This document shows, piece after piece, positions 40,801-49,593 of a stretch of 64,000 bases of DNA. The translations under genes and the position numbers were made by a program. The first letter of the stretch is position 1. Each line of letters begins with the position of its first letter. This stretch comes from Lytechinus pictus (taxonomy: Eukaryota): the NCBI RefSeq assembly GCF_037042905.1, contig NC_087245.1:18664001-18728000 (forward strand). Direction: 5' to 3'. The notes below the pieces were generated by a model that was not told the DNA's origin, did not search any database, and saw only the letters and a list, made by a program, of their open reading frames with translations.

Positions 40801-43800
40801 TCGCTCAATTCGCTCAATTGCGGCGGTCAAAACTTTGACAAAAACACATGTTCGCAGTGAAAAGTAATGCATTTAGGAGCAACGTATTATCAAGCACAGT
40901 GAATAGCAATGGGTACATATTTCCGTGGATGGGTACGGTGAATGCTACTACGCTACGCTCGCTATAGCGCTAGATATATCGTCGGGATCGAGGGTGGCTC
41001 GATCGGGCAGGCCGGCCTCGCACTGACGTATTTCTGCTGCCGCGCAGCTCGCAGGTATTCTTTTTTCATTTAATGCGCTGCTAAGCTGATAAACCTTTTA
41101 ATCACGCCAATTACTGTGGATAAATGCTTCCAACTTTTCAGCTAAGCTTTACACTCGTAACTTTAGGCTAGACCCCTTTTTATTTTATGTTTACATGTCG
41201 ATGTGGGTGCGTGCATGTCGACATGTCGGAAACATTGAAAATCCTTTGTATGTCGACATCAATGTCAATATGAGGCCTATCGACAACAGCACTAGTATTT
41301 TGTCAGAGACCCAACTTTTACAGCATATGTAATAACAATCATTTTGCATTGTGTTCTGATGGTCCTTAATTATTAATCTACATGGCTTCATACTCACAGT
41401 TCGCAGTTGGTCTAGCTGTCTGATTTCTTCATTATATTTTGAAACATCTTCCATATAATGCTGGGATATGTGCTAAAGAAAAGGAAACAAAAATAGGTAT
41501 CAGGGCAAAGGTGCTGGCTTGCAATGGGCAGAACTCAAAGTTTTACTTGCACTACAAAATTTCATGGTGTAATGCCTTGAATTGTGAAGCAAGACAAAAA
41601 ATATTATTATTAAAGTTATTTAGTTTCTGTCAACAGTAGACCAGTGATAGTGTCATTGTGTTCTGTGGAGAAGATGACATTATATCATCATGATCATTGG
41701 CATCATTATCCTCATCATCATCACCACCACCATCGTCCTCCTCCTCCTCCTCATCACTACCATTATCATTACTACCAATACCATTATTTACAATTATTAC
41801 AAATATTATCATCATCAACCACAATGTAATCACTATACAGGGTGTTTCTTTAAAAAAAAAAAGGTAACAGCAGTTCAAAGGTCAGCTATATAAAAAATAC
41901 ATGATTTAATCTTGTTATTTTGATTCTACGTGACTAAATAAGTCGATCAACTTTTATTTAACACCTCGCTTGCGTCACATTATCACGGGATGCAGAGTAA
42001 TGGTCCTTCGAAGGCGAAGGGTACAAAACCTACTTTTTCCAAATTTTGGTTTTAATGTACAAGCACAAAACCAACTTTGTTGCAAGGTTTTGGTTTCATC
42101 AGAGTTTTCCTTCAAATTTCAGTGAAATGCTATACCCTCTGTTAACTTTTTGTGAGTGACTGGCATTTACATATTGTCTTCCTAGCTTCCATCTCTTTTG
42201 AACATGTCATTCATCACGTAGTGCATAGGTAGGACGTATAATGTCAATGACAATTTAGAGTGCTAATTAACGGTAGTTGAATTGAGTAAGAACAAAATTA
42301 GCACTCTAAACTCGTCATTGACATTAGAACGTCCTACCTATGCACCACGTTGGTCAGGAATCTTGTACTAGCACAAACAGCTACGCATGCGCACCATTTC
42401 TCTCTGTATCTACCTGCGTACGTGCGTCATCACAAAGCGAGTCAAAGGTCATGTCATTTTTTTAAGCGTGGGTACATTTAGTGAGCCAACTGGTAAGAAA
42501 TCTCTCATTTTTCATATTTAAACTAAGAGATTTTTCACATCTTCATACACATTAGGCGTATGAAGGTTTATAGATAAATATAATTAATCAAATGTAGACC
42601 TCTAACTCCAAGCAATTTCTAGTTCTAGACTAAAGATGGATTTCTTAGGGAAATCCATCCGTGTTTACATGTCTCGCTTAGGCATGTACGCGCAGCATGT
42701 CAAGGCTCCATGATGTAAAAGTATATGTAAAAATATTTTGTAAATATCATCATGGAGTCCTCAAGGCTAGATTTGTCAACCCTTCCGAATGTGCTCTTGA
42801 AATAATAAGCATGTCATCAATTAGACCAAAAGCTTCGGTCTCTGTTATGTTGGATGTTCTGCTGAACTCCGTTGGCTCCACTCACCAAATACAGAGACCA
42901 AAGTTCTAGCTCGATCTGTATAACCCAATCTCACTAGATGCGATTCCGCTGCGATCGTAAAAAATCGACAAAGCGTGGTATATCGTAGCTTGATCGTGGC
43001 TTGATCTTTTCAATCTCCTCCGTCGTACCTTGATCTTTTCTGAAGCGGCAAGGATCGCCACCATCTTCCTGGTCGCCACAAAATTTTGAACATGTTCAAA
43101 ACTTACGTAGCAAGAGCGCGGAGGTGCTAAAGCGCATCACAATCGAGTCATGAGCGTATTACAAACGCATAAAAAGCTCCAATGCATAAAGCGTAGTAGA
43201 AGCGCATTAAAAGCGGCACCGATCGCCCGTTCCCAAGAACATACTGCCACGCTGCTTCCGTTTACAAGGCGACTGCCTTGCGCTCGACACGCTTCACACC
43301 ACTTCCACCGCGACGCTTTCTTCTTTGGGTGACATGTGGCGCACGTTCTCAGCCCACTACAGGCATTCACGTTGCGCTTTTGCTGGGCAGCGATTGCGCA
43401 ACGACCGTCCGTGCTGCTATAAAGCGCCGTGACAATGGTGGCGGATTATCACATTTGCAACAGATTACAAGGCGACACCACAACGTTTTCAAACATGCCT
43501 CCCAGAAAAAGGAACAAAAAAGGGAAAGCTGCCCAAGCTACCCCTGTTAAGCCGGTGGTCCAAGAGGTTATGGTGGTGGTAGAGGAGGAGGAGGAAAATC
43601 TTACTGCTGAGCCAGCTGGAAAGAGAAAAAAGACGCTCACATGTCTTGATGATGAACAGGAGGAAAGTATGGTGGGATGGCTTATTGACAATCTGGTCAT
43701 CTACAACAAGAAGATGCGAGATTACAAGGACACATCGATGACAGAGAGACTGTGGACGGCCAAGGTGCTGAAATTGGCAATGAAAAGCATGAGCTTCAGA

Positions 43801-46291
43801 CTTGGTACAAGAGTGTTCGGACCAGATACGGAAGGCTAAAAAAGAAAGCCTGCATGAGGTACATTCCACCTCCTCTGGTTTTCTTGTGCAATCTGACCCC
43901 ATTCTCCTGGTGTTGTTGGACAGGTAATCAACTCATCCTTGATTGATTGACTATTGCCTGGCACACTTCTGGGATGATGCTGCAGATGGTGTTCCTAGCC
44001 ACTCTGAAATTATACTGCAGCATTGGATACTTGTCTCCTGAAACCAGATGCCTGATGGTGATGGCCAGCTTCATACCTGGTTCCAGAGCTCTCCTCATGT
44101 GAGTGTCCTGCTTCTGAATTCTGGGGCCCACTCAAAATTTCATCGTACATCTCTGGTTCCATCCTCAAGAAATTGAAAAATGATGCAGTGTCCTCCATTC
44201 TTAGCGTTGTCATCAACCTGTTGTAATGGCCGAATTCAAGTCTTCTTTCTGCAGACAGCCAGGATCAGACCCAGTATCGTTTTTGGCCTCCTCCTCCTCC
44301 TCCTCCTTCTCCTGTCCTCGTATTCAACTTCTAACTGATGTTGTTGTAGAATGCTAAGGTGTATAAGTCCAACCAAATTCTGGACATCCATCTTGGTCGG
44401 AGGTTGGCAATCGACTGAAGAATGTCTCATGTGCCGCGATTAATATGCCAATTGCTTGAAATCCTTTCAAGAGCCCATCATGAACGTAACACAATCGCTC
44501 CATTCGTAGCACAACTGTAGCGAGGTCCTAATTAGCGTATGAGCCTCGTTGTACAGTCGCTTTGATCGCAGAAGCAGCGCATCACATCTGCCTCGAATCG
44601 TGGCAAGAGAGTGGCAGCGTCGTACTATCAGCGTATTACCATCGCCTTCAGCGCAGGTCGGTCGCAGTGAAGTTGCGGTGCAATCGCCTCGCAGGCTAAA
44701 AATAGAATTCGAGGAAGATTCTGCTACGCTTTGCGGGATTTACACAGATCGCCATGGTCTGTGTGAACACCTTCCTAGTGAGATGGGGGTAGTACAGGGA
44801 CTCAATGGCCATATATTTATGTATTAAGTTCGGATAAAACAGGGAAGTGCAGTTGCACGACAGCCGAATTAAGTCACTGTTTTATCCCCTTTTAAGTTTA
44901 TTTTCCCCGTTTTGGAGCATTTCAGGCCAAAACGGAATAAAATTAACAATCTTTATTTTGGTACAGTTCTTTTTATACATTTATGTTACGATTTTGTTAC
45001 GATTCATAACAAAAATGGCCAATCGAGACGGGGGTAGAAGGAGAGAACTTTTCGTTTTTTTGAAGTTCCAGTCTGTGCCTCGATGTCAGGAAACTGCCAC
45101 TTGTTAGACCTTCATCCATATAATCGTGGTAAGTGCATAATTTCTGTTTTCACAATTCATTTGGAGAAATATTTAGACCATAAATCACGCTAGTCCTGTG
45201 AGTATGGTCAAATACACGGTAAGCCCCTGGGCTCCGGCCCGCACAGCGGGCCGGAGCTCCCTGACCCCGGGGGGGGGGGGGGGGGGCACTCAGTATATAA
45301 TGCATAGTGGGTATGTGCCGCGGAGGGGACCCCCATTTTACACTCAAATTTCCGTTCCAAGGCATAGCATTTTTGTCTTATTGAGAAAAAGAACAAAGAA
45401 AGCCGCTCCAAAGCATAGCATTTTCTTCTTATCGAGAAAAAAAGAAGAAAGAAATCCGCTCCAAAGCTTCGCATATTTTCCGTTACGCCTTTCCGGCCGT
45501 ATTGATCTGCTACAACGAGCCGCAGTTTTGGTGAAAAGCGGCCGCAGAGCGCCGTCCGACCATCGCATCTGCGCTAGCGCATCCGGCGCCCGTGCCGCCG
45601 GGCTATAGCTGCATGCACTTATGCCCGTTCCATAGGGATGAATACGCAATCACACGCAGGCGACCCGTTCCAAGGACCCCCGTTTTCACAAACAATTGTC
45701 GTTCCAAATCCCGTTCCAAGGACCCTCCTTTTTACAATAAGCCCACTCCAAGGCCCCCGTTTTTTGTCTCGCCCGCGGCACATACCCACTACTTTTTTGG
45801 TCGAGTGCCCCCCCCCCCCCCCCCCCCCCCGGTCCCTGACCCTGGGTTATGTTCGTGCATGAATGATGAAGGTCCTTTTTTTTATACTTTATTAAATATG
45901 CACTCAAGTCTCAACTTTAACTACTCTAAGTCTCGCGTTAGGCCCAACTTTAGTTACAATAACTTACATGCAGTTAGGCACACGACAATCAGCATTGAAT
46001 AGGAGAACTCTCAGTCTCAATCACTCATTCTCAGAGACAGAGTCGGACTCATCACACTCCTCATCACTCAGAGTCAGACTCAGTGCAGTGGACACTCCCA
46101 CTCACTCGCCAAACATAAATTTCCTGATACAATAATGTGAAGTTATTAATTATTCAGTGAATGTTTCCTTGCATCACATCTTCACCAACTCTAAACATAA
46201 TTACCTGTTTAATTTCATGTCCGAATTCTACTCTTTCAGCACTTTCTTTTAGCTCAATACTGAGCATTAACATCCGAGGAATAGCCTCCAT
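7006..46291 (-). CDS. PTPN23: Tyrosine-protein phosphatase non-receptor type 23 (HD-PTP); 23 coding exons, 7092 nt, 2363 aa
   Basis: N-terminus MEAIPRMLMLSIELKES, Bro1 motifs ([51 protein letters not shown]), V domain, long Pro/Gln-rich exon, PTP domain (SIAIARCYSVKNRH, DYINAS, FIATQAP, FTAWPE, VHCSAG) and C-terminal DPFSGLDPMWSM all parallel human PTPN23; all 22 introns GT-AG with matching phases. Confidence 0.97.
8200..8260 (-). CDS. PTPN23: PTPN23 exon 22 (PTP domain end)
   Basis: EQLKFSYDAILCYAHHALAK(R); ag/gtgag. Confidence 0.92.
8811..8949 (-). CDS. PTPN23: PTPN23 exon 21 (P-loop end, Q-loop)
   Basis: AGIDRTGVFCLVYTAAREINEGHG...LRLQRKWMVTEK; ag/gtaac. Confidence 0.94.
9030..9300 (+). 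mobile_element. tRNA-derived SINE
   Basis: A box TGGCTCAGTTGG, B box GTTCAAACC, imperfect cloverleaf followed by about 200 bp of non-tRNA body; 3' boundary approximate. Confidence 0.8.
10007..10759. mobile_element. TA-flanked non-autonomous DNA transposon (Tc1/mariner-like MITE)
   Basis: Ends TACTGTAAAAG...TTTTCGCGG and CCGCGAAAA...GTTTACAGTA; repeated subterminal (T)TCGCG motifs. Confidence 0.8.
10770..10874 (-). CDS. PTPN23: PTPN23 exon 20 (PTP domain, catalytic Cys)
   Basis: (F)GVPSSPGVLLQFIDEVQSYHSQQRKTQIPIVVHC(S); ag/gtgag. Confidence 0.94.
11342..11532 (-). CDS. PTPN23: PTPN23 exon 19 (PTP domain, WPE loop)
   Basis: GSTSFIGYWP...HLQFTAWPE; ag/gtaag. Confidence 0.94.
11680..11780. repeat. 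(CAT)n degenerate microsatellite
   Basis: tcatcatcatcatc runs. Confidence 0.85.
11917..12119 (-). CDS. PTPN23: PTPN23 exon 18 (PTP domain)
   Basis: DHNRVCLRGTRDDYINASFV...FIATQAP...DFWLMVYEQ; ag/gtgag. Confidence 0.95.
12362..12910 (-). mobile_element. Helentron-associated non-autonomous element (HINE/DINE-1-like), truncated copy
   Basis: Same terminus as 39085-39763 (aacaagtggaacgcctct...gtctcgcctgcattacgc) and the same TGACCTTTGAC tandem core; other end missing. Confidence 0.75.
13079..13175 (-). CDS. PTPN23: PTPN23 exon 17 (PTP domain start)
   Basis: DLTDYQDRETRQFSIAIARCYSVKNRHPDIMP(Y); ag/gtaag. Confidence 0.94.
13229..13441. mobile_element. Short G/C-run MITE (hAT-like termini)
   Basis: CATGGGCGGAATTCC...GAGATTTCTGCCCCTG imperfect TIRs with internal GGGGGACGCGTCCCCC palindrome. 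Confidence 0.6.
14056..17429 (-). CDS. PTPN23: PTPN23 exon 16 (3374-nt Pro/Gln-rich region)
   Basis: Uninterrupted frame from PQRPAAPKP to FVEEVERLDKYVEGLNRKMLSGPTVIERLWK|gttag. Confidence 0.93.
18288..18475 (-). CDS. PTPN23: PTPN23 exon 15 (V domain end)
   Basis: REEKIGELISSYTVYDDLIEKSNKGIGFYKKLE; ag/gtaag. Confidence 0.92.
19061..19212 (-). CDS. PTPN23: PTPN23 exon 14 (V domain)
   Basis: EFFQNELKKHETLITYLEQNLSAQDNILKAMTEANAAYAERRK; ag/gtaag. Confidence 0.92.
19330..19610 (-). mobile_element. Highly degraded SINE-like fragment
   Basis: Weak resemblance in motif order to the SINE at 47621-47912; boundaries uncertain. Confidence 0.3.
19644..19804 (-). CDS. PTPN23: PTPN23 exon 13 (V domain)
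   Basis: EEDDEAEKKMQKLVAKVDEMKTQRQTLEQQLRDNIRDDDVT; ag/gtatt. Confidence 0.92.
20950..21151 (-). CDS. PTPN23: PTPN23 exon 12 (V domain)
   Basis: KEFGTKSAKSLGEMKKDL...ASQSNAELHKAMQTHMENIKLL; ag/gtaag. Confidence 0.9.
22044..22135 (-). CDS. PTPN23: PTPN23 exon 11 (V domain)
   Basis: LSGVVMDVDSSLKEIEQLLEEEEKQEAEFQ; ag/gtaaa. Confidence 0.92.
22723..22865 (-). CDS. PTPN23: PTPN23 exon 10 (V domain)
   Basis: QYLSAVQLEQL...LLEVCAALSVKTEPIKTLVTSMQ; ag/gtact. Confidence 0.92.
23047..23295. mobile_element. Degraded PIF/Harbinger-type MITE, same family as 35297-35467
   Basis: taaagctgttcataagtt...tgactttacacataactgatgacc / ggtcacc...ttatgaacagcttc arms. Confidence 0.55.
23529..24180. mobile_element. 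Non-autonomous DNA transposon, Sola1-like
   Basis: TIRs CGTCAGTGGTCATCCGAACCGTCGTATCA / CGTCGGCATTCATCCGAAGCGTCATATCA; 4-bp TSD AAAT (23525-23528, 24181-24184) fits the AWWT target of Sola1. Confidence 0.75.
24209..24389 (-). CDS. PTPN23: PTPN23 exon 9 (Bro1 end, V domain start)
   Basis: ASLVKALTF...[30 protein letters not shown]; ag/gtgag. Confidence 0.95.
25207..25345 (-). CDS. PTPN23: PTPN23 exon 8 (Bro1)
   Basis: GQPESITEALNFAKDVVIGKFQSATKDNEFVYHDSVP...; ag/gtaat. Confidence 0.94.
25636..26018. mobile_element. PIF/Harbinger-type palindromic MITE
   Basis: TIRs GGCCCGAATTCACAAAGGTG / CACCTTTGTGAATGCGGGCC; 3-bp TSD CTT; nearly full-length foldback. Confidence 0.85.
26366..26470 (-). CDS. 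PTPN23: PTPN23 exon 7 (Bro1)
   Basis: MFMSNQAEEQQKYGERVAYLTYAQTKHNEAVKMSK; ag/gtaac. Confidence 0.94.
29335..29632 (+). pseudogene. SGNH/GDSL hydrolase (esterase)-like fragment, frameshifted and 3'-truncated
   Basis: Strong acceptor (tttttctttacag); VLLIGDSIVR (block I), CFPGA (block II), then after a frameshift VFIHIGTNNL (block III); DxxH block absent. Confidence 0.75.
29633..30099 (+). pseudogene. C-terminal remnant of a transposon protein with CXC/Cys-rich zinc finger and acidic tail
   Basis: VWDK..YPDIELYGF.. then (frameshift) VACQWDTDESIEKIKSNVLYLTRGCSCAKSKCHNHLCKCRKEGRFCGPGCRCRQCQN + D/E-rich tail, stop at 30099. Confidence 0.75.
30565..31549. repeat. Tandem duplication, two units of about 490 bp
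   Basis: Units start tcttgcaggtcaatcattttgg at 30565 and 31053 and share long identical blocks. Confidence 0.9.
32628..32943. mobile_element. G/C-run MITE nested in the Academ-like element
   Basis: CAGGTGTGGAACCAGGGG...GGAAAATCCTGGATCTGGCCCTG; same right end type as 49407-49593. Confidence 0.6.
34655..34870 (-). CDS. PTPN23: PTPN23 exon 6 (Bro1)
   Basis: [25 protein letters not shown]...HFTSIAY; ag/gtgag. Confidence 0.95.
35297..35467. mobile_element. PIF/Harbinger-type palindromic MITE
   Basis: gtttcataaagctgttcgtaag...aagaacgactggtga / tcaccagtcgttcttaa...cttacgaacagctttatgaaac. Confidence 0.85.
35538..35669 (-). CDS. PTPN23: PTPN23 exon 5 (Bro1)
   Basis: [23 protein letters not shown]...YINTML; ag/gtgag. 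Confidence 0.95.
36371..36501. mobile_element. Degraded PIF/Harbinger-type MITE abutting the exon 4 donor
   Basis: ggtgcctgtaacaggaaacttagcaattgatc / gatcaatccctaagctctgtgttacaaggaac. Confidence 0.55.
36506..36632 (-). CDS. PTPN23: PTPN23 exon 4 (Bro1)
   Basis: IDTFDEEPYTHTDILFEQSCILFNLGTLHSILGAIESRASEE; ag/gttag. Confidence 0.93.
36876..37082. mobile_element. Tc1-type MITE
   Basis: TIRs CAGTGGTGCTAAAAAGTTAGTG / CAGTGGTGGTAGAAAGTTAATG, TA on both sides. Confidence 0.75.
38312..38424 (-). CDS. PTPN23: PTPN23 exon 3 (Bro1)
   Basis: NACNVTRDFNGISTLKKYYGQLHLLSSRFPSDAFTFS(W); ag/gtaag. Confidence 0.93.
39085..39763 (-). mobile_element. Helentron-associated non-autonomous element (HINE/DINE-1-like), complete
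   Basis: On the - strand: T-run, subTIR GTCTCGCCTGCA, short internal IR, GGC/GTC microsatellite, tandem cores of about 140-190 bp with GGTCAAAGGTCA, 3' subTIR TGCAGGCGAGAC, small hairpin, CTTGTTTTTT. Confidence 0.8.
39805..39969. mobile_element. G/C-run MITE (hAT-like termini)
   Basis: TIRs CAGGGGCCGCGGAAGCGG / CCGTTCTGCGGCCCCTG. Confidence 0.75.
40266..41294. mobile_element. Non-autonomous hAT transposon
   Basis: Perfect 14-bp TIR TAGTGCTGTTGTCG; perfect 8-bp TSD GTATTTTG; subterminal GTCGACATGTCG arrays. Confidence 0.9.
41398..41472 (-). CDS. PTPN23: PTPN23 exon 2 (Bro1)
   Basis: HISQHYMEDVSKYNEEIRQLDQLRT; ag/gtgag. Confidence 0.93.
41684..41820. repeat. Mixed CAT/CAC/CCT trinucleotide low-complexity tract
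   Basis: Direct inspection. Confidence 0.85.
42216..42350. repeat. Near-perfect hairpin (arms of about 54 bp, loop of about 27 bp), probable mini-MITE
   Basis: acgtagtgcataggtaggacgt..taatgtcaatgac..tttagagtgctaatt and its reverse complement. Confidence 0.85.
43495..43850 (+). pseudogene. Harbinger Myb/SANT-like (MADF) DNA-binding protein, frameshifted and truncated
   Basis: LDDEQEESMVGWLIDNLVIYNKKMRDYKDTSMTERLW / ELQTWYKSVRTRYGRLKKK. Confidence 0.8.
43851..44391 (-). pseudogene. Harbinger (HARBI1-like) transposase N-terminal remnant
   Basis: RRRRRR..WV..WL, FFNFLRMEPEMYDEIL, IQKQDTHMRRALEPGMKLAITIRHLVSG, FRVARNTICSIIPEVCQAI, RWNVPHA; several frameshifts; ends just before the first catalytic Asp. 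Confidence 0.85.
44995..45265 (+). mobile_element. One arm of the foldback family also found at 56240-56768
   Basis: Closely matches 56495-56768; ends in GC hairpin GCTCCGGCCCGC-ACA-GCGGGCCGGAGC. Confidence 0.8.
45267..45832. mobile_element. Non-autonomous DNA transposon with poly-G/poly-C TIRs
   Basis: CCGG(G)nCACTC..TAGTGGGTATGTGCCGCGG / CCGCGGCACATACCCACTA..GAGTG(C)nGG; 8-9 bp TSD TCCCTGAC(C). Confidence 0.85.
46205..46291 (-). CDS. PTPN23: PTPN23 exon 1 (start codon)
   Basis: aaacATG; MEAIPRMLMLSIELKESAERVEFGHEIKQ|gtaa. Confidence 0.93.
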
Positions 46292-46326
46292 GTTTAGTAT
46301 TGTGTATTTTTGTTGAAAATGAAGAA

Positions 46327-46340
46327 CGCCATCTCGCGTC
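46327..46340 (-). promoter_or_regulatory. YY1-like motif (AGATGGCG) at the putative PTPN23 transcription start region
   Basis: GACGCGAGATGGCG on the - strand about 35 nt upstream of the ATG, a common arrangement in housekeeping promoters. Confidence 0.45.
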
Positions 46341-47620
46341 GTATGATGTCATTGCTCTAAATTTGTCTTTGACATAATCCATTTGATAGCAGGCCTACTG
46401 GGATGGTTTGATATCGAGTCGAATTCGATATGCATACTGGGAAGTTGTAACAATAATTTTAAATCAGCAAGGGGAACTCCTTGATTTTACAGGAGGAGCT
46501 GGGTCGAAATGACAAATCTTTTAAAAATATGAGACACCCTCTCCTCTCTTTAATTTGAACATATTTGAAGAATTTTTTGAGGGACTTTTTGTCTGAATTT
46601 ATCTGTATCTCATTTTTTTTTAAATACAAATACTGAGGAAAAAAAAACGGGGAAAAAAACCTTTAAGCACTATTTGACACGAATGGAATCCGTATCCCAA
46701 CATGTACTGTAATTCAATGAATAAATTAAGTACAGAAAATGAGACATTTCAAACGTTTTCTTTTTCTTAACAATATATTTTTTATATCGACTTGCAAACG
46801 GGATAAGAACCATCAAGCAAACAGACTAAAAGCAACCCGAAGCGCGAGCTTTATTTCTATTCTTATAGTGATGACCTGAAAGTTTTTGCAATTTTCTCAT
46901 CATATTTTTCACTTTAATTCATACTCTCACTTTTCATCTTTTTTTTCTCCTCTCCTTGACCCTTCATTTTTTTTTCATTTGCTTCTTTTTCTCTTGGCCC
47001 TGGGGAAACAAATTAAAAAGTGGCGAGAGAGCGAAAATATTGGCCTTAATAAATGAAAATTTGAATTTTATGATAGAATTTGACATTATACTTTAAAAGA
47101 TATATTTAGTTAACCTCGTTTAATTTTTTTTTAGTTTCTCCTTCGTCTTCTTCTTTTTTTTTTTGTCTTGGAACTTTTGGGGGCAAGTTCCCCAAGCCAT
47201 CTATACGGCAGTAAAATTATTTTCCATTAATTTGACGAATCGACAAATTTGCAATTTTATCATGATAATGGAAGGGGTAACCCCAGACTGTTTTTGTTCC
47301 TAGCTCCCCTCTTTTTCGTGCTTGTTCAAAACTTGCTAGTAATCATTGCACGTCACTTTTTGCCCAAGGGTTTTACACTATATAAATAACGAATAAATAT
47401 ATAAAAGAAATGATGAAAAGTAGGTAAAAAAAAGTTACCCCTTAAACGACCGAGAACAGTAATTGTTCTTTTTTTAAGGCTGGAAAACGCTGTTACCTTC
47501 GGCCCCTTTCCTAGTTTCCATCCTTTGTGCATAATAGAGTGTCCCACTTGAATACTTGATCATATTGGTGGAAAGGAATTCTTATGGCCGAACCTGTCGC
47601 CTTGCCCCCATTCTATTTAT

Positions 47621-47912
47621 AATAATGATAATAATAATATAGGTATATTTACCCAGGGTAGCCACTTCAGTTCCGAAAACTGTTCTCCCAGCGGGCCCTG
47701 CTATTATTACCCCGGCTTTAGCTGAGCTGCCTATATAGGTGCTCAAGCATTCAAGGGATTTCTTCTTACCGGGGGCCCATTCATTTCACCTGGGTTGAGT
47801 GCAGCACAATGTGGATGAGTTTCTTGCTGAAGGAAATTACCCCATGGCTGGGATTCGAACCCACGACCCCACGACCCTCTCGTAAGACTTATCCACTGGG
47901 CCACAACGCTCC
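47621..47912 (-). mobile_element. tRNA-derived SINE with (ATT)n tail
   Basis: A box TGGCCCAGTGG, B box GGTTCGAATCC, core CCTTCAGCAAG...CACTCAACCCAGGTG, tail ATTATTATT. Confidence 0.85.
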
Positions 47913-48117
47913 GTGCTTGCGCCGGTCTTTCGTTAGTCTGCTGTGCAAACCCTTCGAGTTAAGGGTCTGAATTGCAACCTACTCATGCATTGTGTACAGA
48001 GAAACAGCAAGTTTTGTATGTGCTAGTCTTTGCAAGGAGACACATTGTCTTGTTGATCAAAGTTTCGATCAGGGTCTGTGCCTGCAGACTAGTCTTTCAT
48101 TATACCTTTATCTTAAA

Positions 48118-48590
48118 TATACCGAGTGAGTAAAAAAGAAAGAGTATATTCTCCCAGATAATCTGATACCAAATTTATGTGGTATGGATGACCAGGAGGC
48201 AATCTTTGCATTGATGTAAATTTTGATTTGCGCCAAATTAAGGCATGACTGCAATGAATGAATCTAGATGTCAATGATGCCCTAATCTGACAGGGGTTCA
48301 ATAATTAAAATCAATTATCAGCAAATTACATTATTTAATAAACACACTTTGGTATCGATTCTCAAGTTAATTTCATAGAAAATGGATAAACAAGTATGTT
48401 TAGTATCTCATTTTAGGATTATAACATCATTGGCATCTGGATTCATTCATTGCAGTCATGCCTTACTTTGGCGCAAATCAAAATTTACATCCCTGCAAAG
48501 AATACCTACTGATTATCAAAGCATGAATACATACAACATAAAAATGGTATCAAATTATTTGAGAGAAGATACCCTTTCCAGTCATATATA
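48118..48590. mobile_element. Foldback MITE with arms of about 170 bp
   Basis: gatgtaaattttgatttgcgccaaa..aaggcatgactgcaatgaatgaatc and its reverse complement at 48440-48490. Confidence 0.75.
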
Positions 48591-49406
48591 ATTATTGGGG
48601 ATTTGTGAGGTGTCAAGTTTTATTTTTACTAACACAGTATAGACAAAAATTGTATGTTGACAATTTTGGACCAGCATCAAATAAGTAAACGTGTTGTATA
48701 AAATTAAGTTTGTTTGGGCCCAAGTAATCAAAGTAAAATCATGCAATACTCTGCATTTCGATTTATGCCGGAGTATTGGAATTCCCCAATAAAGTGGGCG
48801 ATTTTTGTTGGCAACAAAGATCGACCCCCACACACAAATATAAACACACATACCTTCCGAATCTCAGTCAAAATGACTATAATAGGGTTGTTTTCTTTGT
48901 ATTTATTTCCATCACAATTAATGACAGATAGTAGATAATCTCAGTGACACCCAACTTCCGCATACCACTGTTATGCCATGGTACTATGAAAAGGTAATTT
49001 TATGCATATTAGATATGATAAATCACATAAAATTATTAACAAACAAAAGTAGTCATCAACACACCAAAAATAAAAGAGGAAAGAAGAGCCGGGATAAGAC
49101 GATCGAGATAGACTTTAATGCTGGGATTTTTAAATCCCATGTCAGATTGGCCCAAAACGGGGTCCGATGGTGCCGCACCATGCACTGAATTAAGAATCGG
49201 TGACCACATTCCGTTATATCTCGTTAAATATGACCAGGAATAAAATCCAATGCGACACATCAAAAGGGTCAGATTTAACCCAGATAATAAAGATTATTCT
49301 GTTCACATCAGACTACTTGGTCAGGGTTATTTTTATTATTTTTATTTTTTATTCCGAAACGGGCAGCAACAGAACCGGAATTTTTTTTCTCAATAAAGTG
49401 GCCGTC

Positions 49407-49593
49407 CACTGGCGGACCCAAGGGGGGGGGGGGGGGTGCCCCCCCCCCCTTTGAGAGGCACAATTAACATTTGTAATGTAAAAATGAAAGAAGTGTGCCC
49501 CCCCATTGAAAGTGAAGACCTTTTTTTTTGGCTGTCAAACTTTTTCCTCTGGAAAATGTGCCCCCCTTTTGGAAAATCCTGGATCCGTCCATG
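49407..49593. mobile_element. G/C-run MITE
   Basis: CACTGGCGGACCCAAGGGG...GGAAAATCCTGGATCCGTCCATG. Confidence 0.6.

Larger units (their letters stand above)
42922..44790. mobile_element. Internally deleted PIF/Harbinger transposon in PTPN23 intron 1
   Basis: TIRs AACCCAATCTCACTAG / ACCCCCATCTCACTAG; contains remnants of both Harbinger genes in convergent orientation; TSD not clean. Confidence 0.85.

Noticed and set aside
41837..41885. Tc1/mariner-like end TACAGGGTGTTTC
   Set aside because: No matching opposite TIR found, so no element could be delimited
41630..41893. His-, Asp- or Ile-rich ORFs
   Set aside because: Products of a trinucleotide low-complexity tract
45150..46002. Cluster of GC-rich ORFs near PTPN23 exon 1
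   Set aside because: They lie across nested MITEs and G/C homopolymers and show no coding signature
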